Shown here in pieces: positions 41,365 to 55,459 of a stretch of 64,000 bases of DNA. A program made the position numbers and the translations under genes. Below the pieces are notes generated by a model, which was given only the letters and a program-made list of their open reading frames with translations, was not told the origin of the DNA and searched no databases. This stretch comes from Octopus vulgaris (Eukaryota): assembly GCA_951406725.2 (NCBI GenBank), contig OX597822.1, forward strand, positions 10,292,001 through 10,356,000, written 5' to 3'. Every line of letters starts with the position of its first letter. The first letter of the stretch is position 1.

Positions 41365-43049
41365 GAAAGTGCTAATTATAAACAAGAAACTACTCTTAAA
41401 TAAATGACTCGAAACAAGTTTAGACACCGAGATTAAATAGTATATATAAATAATTATTTAGACCTGAAATGATTCATGACAAATGGCCATCTTGTTTCGC
41501 TCAGGTTACCTTTCAAACGAATAAAAATTTGAGAAATGTGATTATCTTAAATTATTGCTACTTCAGCAGACGCTTCTCAGAAGCAATATGTGTAAATTAT
41601 TTTTAAAGTATGGGTTTTTAATGCTTAAAACATTTGAATTGTTTGGAAATAGAAGCAGATATATTTATTTTGAAAGATGTCGGAAAATAGAGATAGAGAG
41701 AGTGTAGTGAAATAAATAAAAAAGGAAGAATAAAAGATCAAGAGGCTCACAGATATATGTACTTATGTAAATAAGATATTATATATCTGTATGCATATAC
41801 GTGACCCTGTTTGTGTGTATATGTATGTGTGTGCCTGTGTGTGTGTGTGTGTGCCCGCATATGTGTGTAAGCGTGTGTCTACGTATTCCTTCTCGTTTGT
41901 TTACTGATATCCTTAATCTCATTAGTTCATCTAATACTTTCTTAAACCTTAGCTTATTGCTTCCTTATTATTATACTTAATGCTATCAATATTAATATCA
42001 TTGTTAATTCTTTTATATTTCTTTTCAACATTGTTTTTACAGCATCGTAAGACTGTATATAATAGTACAATCATTGCTATAGGCTTACATTCTTTCTTCC
42101 TTCCTATTTCTCCATATCTTTTCCTTCTCTTCACTTTCTCACTCGCATTCACTTACTTTGTTTCTTGTATTCTTTCGCCTTAAAACTCCGTCTTCTATTA
42201 CGCAAATACAAGCATACGAAGATATTTTCACACATACACATACATGCATATTTTGGCTGTGTACCATTGATCATTATATTACACTATTTTCTATCTCACT
42301 ACTGTCTCTATATCTATATTCTACTCCACCTTTTCACACATAATTCCTTCCTTTTAATATAATTCCGTTTTATTTATAAACAAAAAGCGTCTTCTTTTCT
42401 AATGATTTACCTGATGCTACTTCCAAGAAGCATCCTAGAACCTGTCTATAAATTCTGTCAACCATCTCATCTGTTCGTTCGTTTGTAAAGCCCACCTGAC
42501 AAAACAAAATGACTATTCGTCACGGATTATTTCAAATTTGACCTTTGCGTCACGATGAAATAGGATCGAACCATAGACGTCACGACTTCAGACGAAACTT
42601 CTTAACAACTGGCTCATACCTGCATTTTTACACACAGACACATATACAAAAGTGGGCATACACAAACAGCTAGGCTTACAGTGCAACAAAAACACGTACA
42701 CATATACGTACGCACACATCAATGCATATAAACAACTGCATGAGTTTATGTATGAGTATGCTTGTATGTATGTGATTAAGTAGTTTTATTTCTAGATTTC
42801 TAGCTGATGGAGAAAGAACTGGTTTCTAACCTCGATCCAGGCTCCTCCATTGGAATTTTAAACATCAACAATGTATTTGTGCATATTTGAGTGTATGTGT
42901 GAAATATTTGGAGTCAGTACAGTCGCAGTTCTGGATCCTTTGTTTATATGTGTATACTCATATATATAATTACATGTCTATAAATACGCATATGTACATA
43001 AATGCTAAACTTTTGGAGTGTCTTATAGATTTTGACAGTTCCCTTGATG

Positions 43050-44060
43050 AATTCTATCTGGAATATAATTAGCTTCTTCCATTCCGGTTTCGAGAACCCT
43101 AATTAGTTAAGACTGAGGTAGTTTGTTACAGATCCTAATGCATCAACACTTACGGGTATAAATCTGAAATTGCAAACCGTGTAGAGTAAATTTCTCAACA
43201 GTTCAACATAGGTGTTTTCTTTTTCACAAATTTTTAGCTTCATGTTAACATCCGGTACACAACTGATTTCCAATATTGTTTACAGGTACTTTTTCCTGAC
43301 ACATATCACTATATCTTGTCTGTTATATTTTCATTCTATTGAGATTTCCATAGAGACCCACAAGTACTCTTTCATATTATGAGTGACTAAGGCATCAGCC
43401 AACTGTGGGTTCTTATCTCTTTGGCCTCTGGATTATCCTTCCGACGGATCTCATCGCACAGCTTTGCCTACATCATGTTTCATCACTACATACTAACGCG
43501 GTAACATTTTAGGACAACTGCTTATGATGTCTTCATCGGTGATTATATTTCGGTGATTTACCTGCATTTCTGTTCCTTTTGTGCGCCAGGAATTTGGTAG
43601 CTACTTCCTGTTCCTTGATTGCAAATTCATACCCTTCATAGTCCGGTTGTTGATCCACAATAGACTGCTTCGATTATCAATGTTGCTCTCATCCTCTGGC
43701 TTTCTACTTACATATTCGTGCATGGTCATCCACTGATATACACTCATACACTCATTCCTTCATCATATATGTTGCAGTAGGATCGTAAACTTTCTCTGAG
43801 CGTATGTTCAAAATTACCAGACAACGAATGATTCTTGACGAGCTGCTTTCTAATTCTCACGAAATTACACACTGCGTGTATTCAGAATTTAGACAAGGGG
43901 TACACCTCGATATTTGGTTGTTAAAACATGAAGCTGAAGAGATATGATTTGATATCCAAAAGCAGTCTGGGTAGATTTTAGCCTCTGTCTTTCGTTCTAA
44001 GTGGAGGCGGTCTAAGTCACTGTTGATGTGAACATTATTCATGCTCGTCAGTATCTTCGG
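43050..44060 (-). mobile_element. Decayed R4/Dong-like LINE 3' region
   Basis: Minus-strand relics HINSDLDRLHLERK, EGYEFAIKEQEVATK, IISSCPKM, KYNRQDIVI..LEISCVPDVNMKLK..KENTY, PVSVDALGSV. Confidence 0.75.
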
Positions 44061-44524
44061 GGTTTTCGCATTAATGGCTCGGCTCTCATCACAAACGTCC
44101 AGTCAACTAGCCCAGATGCTGTTGTAAATACTGGTACCGCAGACACATCGTGGGACACTTTTTTTTTAATGCTGAGAATTCCGAGGTCCATATTTGTCTT
44201 GTCTGGCTGTTATATTCTTTAGTGACGCGTTTCTTGTTACATGTATGTATGTATGTATGTATGTATGTATGTATGTATGTATGTATGTATGTATGTATGT
44301 ATGTATGTATGTATGTATGTACGTGTGTGTGTACGTGTGTGTGTACGTGTGTGTGTATGTGTGTGTGAGTGTTTATGAGTATATGCATGTGTATATGTAT
44401 GTATGCGTATGTATACATGAGTAAACCCAGGGAACTGAGAGAATCGTTAGAGCGACAAGTTGAAAGCTTTGCAGTATTCTTTCCGGTTCACTTTGCTCCG
44501 AGTTCAAATCCCACCCAAAGTACA

Positions 44525-44560
<36 letters not shown>

Positions 44561-44704
44561 TATAGATGTAGTTTGCAGTTCAAGTGGTTGCATGTGTGTT
44601 TGCCCATATGTATGTGTACATGTGTGTGTGTATATGTGTATATACGTCTACACCTACAAATGCGTATATATGGGTATAGTGTGTAAGTTTGCGATACTGT
44701 AGTG

Positions 44705-44736
<32 letters not shown>

Positions 44737-45249
44737 TGTATGTATGTATGCATGCATGTATCCTTATATGTCTTTGCATGCGTGTATAAGATTGAATATT
44801 GTATTTGTATATTATGCGTATATGTGTGGCTGTCAATGTGTCGAGGTGTATTTACCTTAAGGAGCTGTGTAAAATTGTGAACCTTGTGATTTCTCTGTAT
44901 AGGGATCCCTTTGATGTAGGGCTTAGAACGATAATACTTGATACCCGAATGTGTATGTGAGTGCGAATGAATTTTTTGAATTCTTGCTACAAGGAAGGAG
45001 TCGGTTCTAACAAAGAAACTAAACTCCATTTCTGGGTTTCGCTTAACAAAGGCCAATACGCGTTACATGTTACATCTCCTCCATATTTCTATTATCGCGC
45101 TTGTAGATTGTATTAGTAAAGTATGTGTTTGCTGTTTGTTTTCTTTGTCTGAAAATCCTGGTTTATCAAGGCTGTCACATAAACATTTACTAACAAACTA
45201 AATGCAACAATATATATTGGCATGTAACCTTAAATTTATAATCTGGTTA

Positions 45250-45440
45250 TCGAAACCGTTGGTTTTGAAGTAGTCCATAAATATTCTCCACCTCGATGGT
45301 TTTGGAAGAGGTGTTCACATATCTAGAGCACATGACCTCTATGACTTTACACATCTTTCCTTTTCTCTCAAGCCATCTTAAGTTTGCATCTGGCAGACGT
45401 TGTTGATGTGCATGCCCTTCTAATATTCTCTTTGTATACA
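45250..45440 (-). mobile_element. Fragment of an R4-like restriction-like endonuclease domain
   Basis: LPD..RWLERKGKMCKVIEVMCSRYVN..K..EVENIYGLL parallels the RLE motif in the 43 kb relic. Confidence 0.5.
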
Positions 45441-45627
45441 TTATTTTTAATGGTTAGTGGTGTTTCGCCCGTCGCTACGTTCTGAGTTCAACTTCCTCCG
45501 AAGCCGACTTTGCCTTTCAGCATTTCGGGGTCGATAAAAAAAGTATCAGCTGAACGCTGCAGTCAATGTAATTGATTCGTCCTCACTCCCAAAATTGCTG
45601 TCCGTGTTCCAAATTTTGAAGCCATCG

Positions 45628-45661
<34 letters not shown>

Positions 45662-45706
45662 TATTATTATTATTATTATTATCGTTGGCACATAGAATGT
45701 CGTCAG

Positions 45707-45771
45707 GTACATACATACATACATACATACATACATACATACATACATACATACATACATAACATACTAAC

Positions 45772-45820
<49 letters not shown>

Positions 45821-45833
45821 CATACATACTAAC

Positions 45834-45878
<45 letters not shown>

Positions 45879-45891
45879 CATACATACTAAC

Positions 45892-45932
<41 letters not shown>

Positions 45933-45945
45933 CATACATACTAAC

Positions 45946-45986
<41 letters not shown>

Positions 45987-45999
45987 CATACATACTAAC

Positions 46000-46030
<31 letters not shown>

Positions 46031-46347
46031 CATACATACATACATACATACATACATACATACATACATACATACATACATACATACATACATACATACA
46101 TACATACATAATCCTTTCTACAATAGGTACAAGGCCTGGATTTTGGGGTGGAGATAAGTCGATTACATTGACCCTAATGTTTCACTGGTCGTTAATTTAT
46201 CGACCCCGAAACAACGAAAGGCCAAGACGACCTCGGTGGAATTTGAACTCAGAGTGTAAAGACAGACGAATTACAGCTAAGCATTTCTCCCTGAGTACTA
46301 ACGATTCTGCTACCTCGCTGCTTTACATACATAAATACATACATACA

Positions 46348-46379
<32 letters not shown>

Positions 46380-46392
46380 CATACATACTAAC

Positions 46393-46433
<41 letters not shown>

Positions 46434-46543
46434 CATACATACATACATATACATACATACATACATACATACATACATACATACATACATACATACATAC
46501 ATACATACACATACATACATACATATACATATACATACATACA

Positions 46544-46575
<32 letters not shown>

Positions 46576-46588
46576 CATACATACTAAC

Positions 46589-46625
<37 letters not shown>

Positions 46626-46647
46626 CATACATACATACATACATACA

Positions 46648-46679
<32 letters not shown>

Positions 46680-46692
46680 CATACATACTAAC

Positions 46693-46729
<37 letters not shown>

Positions 46730-46742
46730 CATACATACTAAC

Positions 46743-46775
<33 letters not shown>

Positions 46776-46820
46776 CATACATACTAACTTACATACATAC
46801 ATACATACATACATACGTAC
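45707..46820. repeat. (CATA)n field with a higher-order unit, interrupted by a SINE B at 46110-46325
   Basis: Recurring CATATACATACATACTAACTTA(CATA)n units on both sides of the SINE. Confidence 0.92.
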
Positions 46821-47168
46821 AAACATTCATACATTCATATATATAATATACAGACACATATATATATATTTTATTATGTACATGATTTGTACGTATATAT
46901 GTGCGTGTGTGTGTATGTGTGTGTTTGTGTGTATGTGTGCGTATGTGCGTGTGTAAGTATACACATATAAAAATGTAAGTCTATATATATATGCATATAT
47001 ATATATATATATGCATACATACACATACATATATATTTGTAGTATATGTATGTGTTTGCTATGGGAAAACTAGTTATGTATATTTTGCAAATTCTTGGGA
47101 AGGTGTGTGTTTGTTGAGGCTGAACAGGTAAGCTTTGAATGGGAGGAGAAAGTTTAAACAGAGCAGCG

Positions 47169-47502
47169 GCACACACACTCGCACGCACTCATACACACAC
47201 ACGCACATAATGAATTACATACTCACACATGTCTCCTCAAACCAGCATCTACACTGACACACATATATAGAGTCTAAAAAGCGAGTACCCTTAAATGTAT
47301 GCACATACGCATTCATAGGTATACAGCGAACATACATACATAAATACACATCATATACAAATATGTACATATGTGTGTGCTTAATGTATATATATGTGTA
47401 TATACATGTACACATATATGTGTGTGTGTATGTAGGGATAACAAATGCATATACCTGGTTAAGCGTATCGATATATACACACACACACATATATATATAT
47501 AC

Positions 47503-47543
<41 letters not shown>

Positions 47544-47618
47544 TGCATATATATACATATATATAGAGAGATATACCCACATATACATACAAACAGCTAT
47601 ACGCACATACACAACACA

Positions 47619-47672
<54 letters not shown>

Positions 47673-47682
47673 ATATATATAC

Positions 47683-47733
<51 letters not shown>

Positions 47734-47758
47734 TATATATATACATATATATATATAT

Positions 47759-47802
<44 letters not shown>

Positions 47803-47878
47803 TACATATCCATAAGTATCCTTTGTCACTCACTGATATGTATATGAGTTTCTATGTGTGTTTCCGCGTATGTGTGTG

Positions 47879-47910
<32 letters not shown>

Positions 47911-48110
47911 AGCAGTCTTGTGGTATTTCTGCTATCTGTTATGTTTACTTAATACACACCCATTGACTGAACCGTTGCACACGCACACACACTCGCACGC
48001 ACTCATACACACACACGCACATAATGAATTATATACTCACATATGTCTCCTCAAACCAGCATCTACACTGACACACATATATAGAGTCTAAAAAGCGAGT
48101 ACCCTTAAAT
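47169..48110 (+). repeat. ~128 bp direct duplication (47169-47296 and 47983-48110)
   Basis: GCACACACACTCGCACGCACTCATAC...GTCTCCTCAAACCAGCATCTACACTGACAC...GCGAGTACCCTTAAAT present twice with about 2 differences. Confidence 0.9.
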
Positions 48111-48187
48111 AGCACAGACACAGTTTGCGGGTATACATGGTGGACAAAAATTAATTAAGGCCTATCGTATGTATTGTGTCGTATACA

Positions 48188-48224
<37 letters not shown>

Positions 48225-48249
48225 CAGAAAGAGAGATAGAGTGTGTATT

Positions 48250-48284
<35 letters not shown>

Positions 48285-48486
48285 GTGTGTGTGTGTTTGT
48301 CTGTCCAACACCACCGCTTGAGAACCGGTGTTGCAGCGTTTATGCCCACATAAATAGCGGTTCGTCAAAAAATACCGATAGAATAGGTATCAGGCTTTAG
48401 GGAAGTTAATAAGTTTTGGGGTCGATTCGTGAGACTGAAATTCATGGCCGCACTGTGAGGAATGAAACAAATAAAAGGTAGAAGAC

Positions 48487-48526
<40 letters not shown>

Positions 48527-48527
48527 A

Positions 48528-48660
48528 TGGGTATTATTGTAAACAACGATCTACGTTGGTTAAACCACATCTCTAAGATTGTCAAGAAGGCTGGGGTGGG
48601 ACTAGCATCACTCAGTAAGACCTTTGTCAGCCGCTCTCCAGCTATTTATTTAAAGTTGTA
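48528..48660 (+). mobile_element. CR1/L2-group LINE RT C-terminal fragment
   Basis: GIIVNNDLRWLNHISKIVKKAGVGLASLSKTFVSRSPAIYLKL matches the LGVI.D.DL.W..HI..IVKKA..L..L.R.F pattern. Confidence 0.7.
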
Positions 48661-48715
48661 GTGCACCTCAGCACCGTATACAACTTCCTTCATTATATCA
48701 TATATACATACATAT

Positions 48716-49062
48716 GTAGGATCGCGGTTTCGATTCCCAAACCGGGCGTTGTGAGTGTTTATTGAGCGAAAACACCTAAAGCTCCACGAGGCTCCGGCAG
48801 GGATGGTGGTGATCCCTGCTGTACTCTTTCACCACAACTTTCTCTCACTCTTACTTCCTGTTTCTGTTGTATCTGTAAATCTATCAGCACCGTTTGTTAA
48901 GCAGTGGTTGTGGACAGACACAGATACAAATAGAGTATCTCCCCGAGAACTACGTTAAGGGTACACATTTCTGTGGAGTGCTCAGCCACTTACACGTTAA
49001 TTTCACGAGCAAGCATTTCCGTTGATCGGATCAACCGGAACCCTCATCGTCGTAACCGACGG
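48716..49062 (+). mobile_element. SINE family C, 5'-clipped and internally disrupted
   Basis: GTAGGATCGCGGTTTCGATTCCC...CTACGTTAAGGGTACAC...GGAACCCTCATCGTCGTAACCGACGG matches the reverse complement of 30652-31033. Confidence 0.8.
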
Positions 49063-49115
49063 CAAGTCCTAAAGAAGGGAAGACGAGGGAAGAAAATCGC
49101 CAATGATTCACATGT

Positions 49116-49445
<330 letters not shown>

Positions 49446-49955
49446 GTAGTGCACCTCAGCACCGTATACAACTTCCTTCATTATATCATATATACATACA
49501 TATATATTGACCTTTTATCTTTTACTCGTTTCAGTTATTAAACTGAGACCATGTGGAAGACAGGTGTATAAACAACAAACAGGTGTGTTAGTTTAACGCT
49601 CGGGAAGTCCAGGTTCAGTCCCACTGCGTGGCACCTTGGGCAATTGTGACTTCTACTATAGCCTTGGGTGGACCAAAGGCTTGTGAGTGGAATTGGTAGA
49701 CGGAAACGAAAAGAAGCCTGTCACATGTGCGTGTGTGTATGTGTGTGTGTATGTTTGTGTGTTTAGAGTAAATCCAAGAAAGAACAAACACATAAAACAA
49801 CGACGCGAGGGCGTGGTAGATGTAATGTAATAGCAGACGCCCAGGGAAGGAAAGAAAGATGGTTTAACGTTTACAGTAGAGGTTCATCTTTGGAAACAGA
49901 GGCAAGTCCTAAAGAAGGGAAGACGAGGGAAGAAAATCGCCAATGATTCACATGT

Positions 49956-50001
<46 letters not shown>

Positions 50002-51908
50002 GGAATTTACAAAAAGACAAAAGACGAAGACAGGTGTATAAACAACAAACAGGTGTGTTAGTTTAACGCTCGGGAAGTCCAGGTTCAGTCCCACTGCGTG
50101 GCACCTTGGGCAACTGTGCTTCTACTATAGCCTTGGGTGGACCAAAGGCTTGTGAGTGGAATTGGTAGACGGAAACGAAAAGAAGCCTGTCACGTGTGCG
50201 TGTGTGTATGTGTGTGTGTTTGTGTGTTTGTGTTTGTCCCCTCAACATGTGACAACCGATGTGGTGTTTTATGTAATCTAGTGGTTCGACAAAAGAAACC
50301 GATAGAATGCACTAGGCTTACAAAGAATGTTTGTCCCTAAAGGTGATCCAGCACGGCCGCAGTCAAATGACAACCGATGCACACTGGTGTTGTTTATGCT
50401 AACCAACCCCCGGTTCACCTAGCGGTTCGACAAAGCCCCGGGCCGACCAACCGATAGAATAACGGACACTGAAAGAAGCTTACAAAGAATAATGTGTGTG
50501 TGTGTGTTTGGGTCGTGTTTGTCCCCCTAGCATTGCTTGAAAGGCTTGTGTGTTTACGTCCATCACACGGCCAAACAGTCGATAGAATGACTGAAACAAA
50601 GAATAAGTCCCGGGTCGAAGACTAAAGGCGGTGCTCAAAGAGCATCGAATATGAAACAATAGAGTAGATATATATATATATATATATATCTTATATTATA
50701 TATATATATATATATACGACAGTCCCTTTCACTTGCCCAAGATACCAAACAGTGGTACTGAACTGAGAACCATGTGATATGGAAGAAAGTTTTTTACGAA
50801 ACATCCACACACACACACACATGCATGTATGTATATATATATATATGGATGCGATCCGCGTACCAACGGGGCGGGGGTAGCCGAAAAAGTTTGGAAACCA
50901 CCGTAGGAGATCATCACCACTGCTATCACTACGACCATACAAATACCACAGTAACCATCAGCTAAGCAACAGATTGTCATTCAACCGTCCTTTTTACTCA
51001 GACATCGGTCATTTAGCCGTCCGACTAACCAACCGTTGAGCTATCAAGCTAATCAACTAACTAACCAGCCAGCCAGCCTGCTAACCATTCTACCACCCAT
51101 CCTTTTACTATTAACCCGCCTACAATCAAGTGAGGCCAACTATACAATAACCAGCCACCCAACCAGCCAGTCAGCCAGACAGCCAGCCAGCCAGACAGAC
51201 AGACAGACAGACAGGCAGCCAGGCAGCCAGATTAACCATCCACCGACCCACCTACCCACCAGCCAGGCCAACTAGCCAATATGTTTATACATTGGTGTAA
51301 TGATGCATCACAAAAGGCGGTCACTGAAAAATTGCTTCTTGTCAAATATATCGCCTCTCATTAGCTTCATTGGGCATATAATGGTGGTAGTGGGAGAGGT
51401 GGTAGTGGTGGTGGTGGTAGTGGTGGTGGTGGTAGTGGTGGTTTTGGTGATGATGACGATTGTGATTTAGAAATAGGAGTAGTAGTAGTGGTGGAAGAAA
51501 TGGTGGTAGTCGTGGCAATGGTTTTGGTGGTCTAAGATACAGGTGGCAGTGACGGTTGTGATGGTGGTGTAGGTGGTAATGGTGATGGTGATGGCGGTGG
51601 TGGTGGTGGTGCTGGTTGCAGTGTTGTAGTTGTTGTTGTTGGTGGTGGTGGTAGTAGTTAGCGGAGGTGGTCAAAGTGGAGATGCTGGTTGTCGATTTCT
51701 TGTTGTTGTTGATGCTGTTATTGGTGGTGGTGGTGGTGGTGGTGGTGGTGGTAACGGGGACGGAGGTGATAGTGGTGAGGGGCTCGGTGGGGGTGGCGAT
51801 TGTGGAATAGTCTATGATGATAAGCAATGAAATATTGGCGAAGATTGCTAAACTCCCTAGTGTCTGCTTCAAATGTCCTCATCTAGTTGGCAAGATGACA
51901 CACTGGTC

Positions 51909-51939
<31 letters not shown>

Positions 51940-52647
51940 CTCTCCCTGGTGTCAACATTACCTCATTACATCTTTTAATTTTCTGATACCCTTGGTGACC
52001 TCACACATTGAAAGACCCAGAGAAGAACAGAAGTTTTAAATAAATTACCATTCTTTTGAGCAAATAGGCATATATTACGTAAAGTACACACATACACACA
52101 CATACACACACAAACACACACACACACAATATACGTGTTAGAGATTACACCTTTACGTAGTTTATTCAGTTATTGCGTATCGAATAGGGCATTGAATAGC
52201 AACTCTCTTCCAGAGTTCTCGATCGGCTGCTTTGTTTATTATTATGCCGAACCGTTAAGTTATGTGGACGTAAATACACCAACACCAGTTGTCAAGCAGC
52301 GTTGGGCAAAACCATAGACACAAAGGCACATGCACACATATCTATACAACGAGCTCCTTTTGGCTTCAATCTCCGTTCACAAGTCTTTGGTCGGCGCGTG
52401 GCTATAGTAGAAGACACTTGCCCAAGGTGTCACGAAGTGGGACTGAACCCGGAAACATGCAATTGGGATGTAAACTTCTTATCACTCAGCGGCGCCTTTA
52501 GGTCCTGCTGAAAGGTTCGATGTCACGTGACTCATTATCCGTCCTGTCATTTAGTTTCTCCTCTTAATATCAATCAGAATGATAATTTTCTGTAGCGATG
52601 ATCTCACTGCCTCAAGATGTGGCTAACCAGTCGCATTATTTGTATCA

Positions 52648-52708
52648 CTAGCTGACCCCGTGCCGTCAAAAATGACGGCTAATTGTAGCATTTTATATAT
52701 GAATAAGA
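52648..52708 (-). mobile_element. Miniature Helitron-like element (61 bp) or Helitron 3' terminus
   Basis: Minus strand A|TCTTATTCATATATAAAA...GCCGTCA-TTTT-TGACGGC-ACGGGGTCAG-CTAG|T: 5' TC, subterminal 7-bp hairpin, 3' CTAG, inserted between A and T. Confidence 0.65.
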
Positions 52709-52842
52709 TACAAAATAATCACTGATACAAACATTCACATAATTCCCTTGTACACGCACACACATACACATATACTCACAAAGAGTTGAAACGCTGTTTG
52801 ATTTTTCTTTTCAGAATTGAATATTCCCCATCCTACTTACAT

Positions 52843-52895
<53 letters not shown>

Positions 52896-54254
52896 TCATA
52901 TGATTCCTTTTTACCACAGAGTTGAAACTTTGATTTTTCTTTTCACCGAAGTACTTCCATCATCCCACAACCAAATTTGCCATTACCCCTTCCTTCCTTA
53001 TTCATCTATCACTCCGTCCTTTCTTATTCATATGATGTGACGGATAAATACACAAGAGTATTGTTATAGTAAAATGATTACCATGTCTTGAGCTCTTCAA
53101 GACGATGCTCTTTTCAAGAGTTCATCTTTTCTAAAATAATCTTAATATGAAACTCTCAGGAATTTCCACAAAGCGCCCGACGCTTCACTTGCTTCTGGTA
53201 TCATTGGTAACGCGATGATGCAGATTGTTGTTGAAGCAAAATGGCTAACGTTTTCATCATGTAATGGAGCGGTGTTCTTCATTGAGCATTGGCGCTAGGC
53301 CTTTAGCTTTATTGGACAATATTGTAGAAACAGCAATCAACTGGGTCGTTATGGCTTGTGCACATTTGCACTACAGTTACAGACTGAGAACCGCGGGCAT
53401 CAAGCTGCACCTGCACAGCAACACCAACTTAACCATTTTACATTTTGGAGAGATAGCGGAGAATCCACCCATGTATATCTTACGGTCATTAACTTCAACG
53501 AAATTAAACGTACTCGTGCTGAAGGACCTACATATGCCATGGGTCATCCTCTTGCCCCTCCTCCTGCTCCCCTTCCTGCTCTTCCTCCTGCTCCTCCTAC
53601 TTATCTTCCTAGAGCAGAAGAATGTCGCGAAGAATACCAAATTAATTCATGTGTTGGTTTTTTACGTCTATGATTCCTACGGCTGCTGAAAAATTTACGA
53701 GATGTGTTTATTTCAACAATGTTGGATGAGAAGTTATTTGTCATCGAACACAAAACATTGAGCATTAAAAAAAAAATCTCACTAAAATTAAAACAATGAC
53801 ATTCTCTGAAGCTGTCAATGTCACGAAATTCTTTCTGAGGAATTTCTACAAAATTTTAATGACAAAATCTGTAAATGTGTATTTTGATACGATAGGTACT
53901 TCCAAGGCTGTGGGAGATTTTGTGAAGTTTGTTTATTGTACTTTTGCTTTCAGTGTTTTTGTAGTGTTGTTGTTTTGGTTTTTAATTATTTTCTTACTTT
54001 GCTTCCTTATCTCGCCTCTAATCACGCATTCCGTTGTTATTGTTTGCTGGGAATATGTTTGGGTTAGGAGCGGATATCATATTTTCCCTTTAAATTTAAA
54101 CATCGTGCATCACTTTGTACACACACGGGTGCTCGTACCGTTATACATATGTATATTTAGTTACGCATATACAAACTTGTAAGTTTATATGTGTGTGTGT
54201 GTATACAAACATATATATATATATATATACATACATATACATATATATGTAATA

Positions 54255-54291
<37 letters not shown>

Positions 54292-54336
54292 AAACAAGTC
54301 AGGATAGAAAATACTAAAATAATTCTATAAAGAACA

Positions 54337-54378
54337 TTTCAGTACCGGTTTCAGTCATTGAGACCTTTTCAACTGTAA
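54337..54378 (-). ncRNA. Minimal type-I hammerhead ribozyme-like motif (U3-A8 core)
   Basis: UUACAG-UUGAAAA-GGUC ucaau GACU-GAA-ACCGGU-A-CUGAAA: stems I and II pair, palindromic stem III, GUA triplet. Confidence 0.62.
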
Positions 54379-55146
54379 CAATTAAATGATTAAATTTAGA
54401 AAAATTAAAAGAAAAGTTCTTTTTAAAAGAATATTTGTATAGTGTTCAAACATAAGTGGCATTTCCCTTGTTTGTGCGTTTCTCTGTCTCTCTTGTTTAC
54501 TCATGTGGGTTCGAAGTCGTTGTGAATTCTTGGTAGGGAGCTCATATATACACACGCGCACACATAGATATATGTATGTATATGTACGATTAAATATTGT
54601 GCAACTGAATTGTCTTTCAAACATCGGTTTTATAAGCATAAGCATTCCTTTGTCAGTATTGATAATAAGTACGCTACAACTTCGTCGAAATTGATATGGT
54701 CCTTATGTGGAACATATTCTCATGAATTCAAAAAAGCACAACCATACAGGAACTGTTGCTTCAAATAAAAAAATGCAGTATGGGTATTGTTTGGAAACAA
54801 TTACGAAATATGTTTCAAAGAACAAAAGAAGTTACAAGTTAGAATCTTATGAATGTGGATATTCATATCATTTATGCAAGTACTAAACTCATATATTTAC
54901 TCGACTTATGAATTTATTTGGAGAAAAAACAATGTTGCTCCGAAATGTTTCTCCACAATTATTTTTCTTAATAGAATTGCTTAAGCAACAACGAAATTTC
55001 AAAAGAAGACAGTTTTAATAGTGAATTCCCTTATATGCGATATAGAAACAAAATACGGTAAGAGTTGAGAGAAAAAGACTAAATTCGCCACGGAAAATGC
55101 GAGTTTGCCATTTTTACACTATCCTCGCATTCACAATTTAGAAATG

Positions 55147-55216
<70 letters not shown>

Positions 55217-55396
55217 TAATAATAAACAAAAAAAATGTAAGCGTTTTCTTAATAGCTTTCGTGTAAAATATTTCAAAATATGCGCAAACAAGATAATTCT
55301 AGCAGCTGAAAGAGCGTGAATGTGAAACTCAGAATATTGGCAATTACGAAACTTTCAATTATAATGAATTAAAGAATATACGCCATTTACGTACTG

Positions 55397-55456
<60 letters not shown>

Positions 55457-55459
<3 letters not shown>

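Noticed and set aside
51342-51872. 176-aa Thr/His/Pro-rich minus-strand ORF
   Set aside because: Degenerate (GGT)n/(GTT)n repeat with no recognisable domain.
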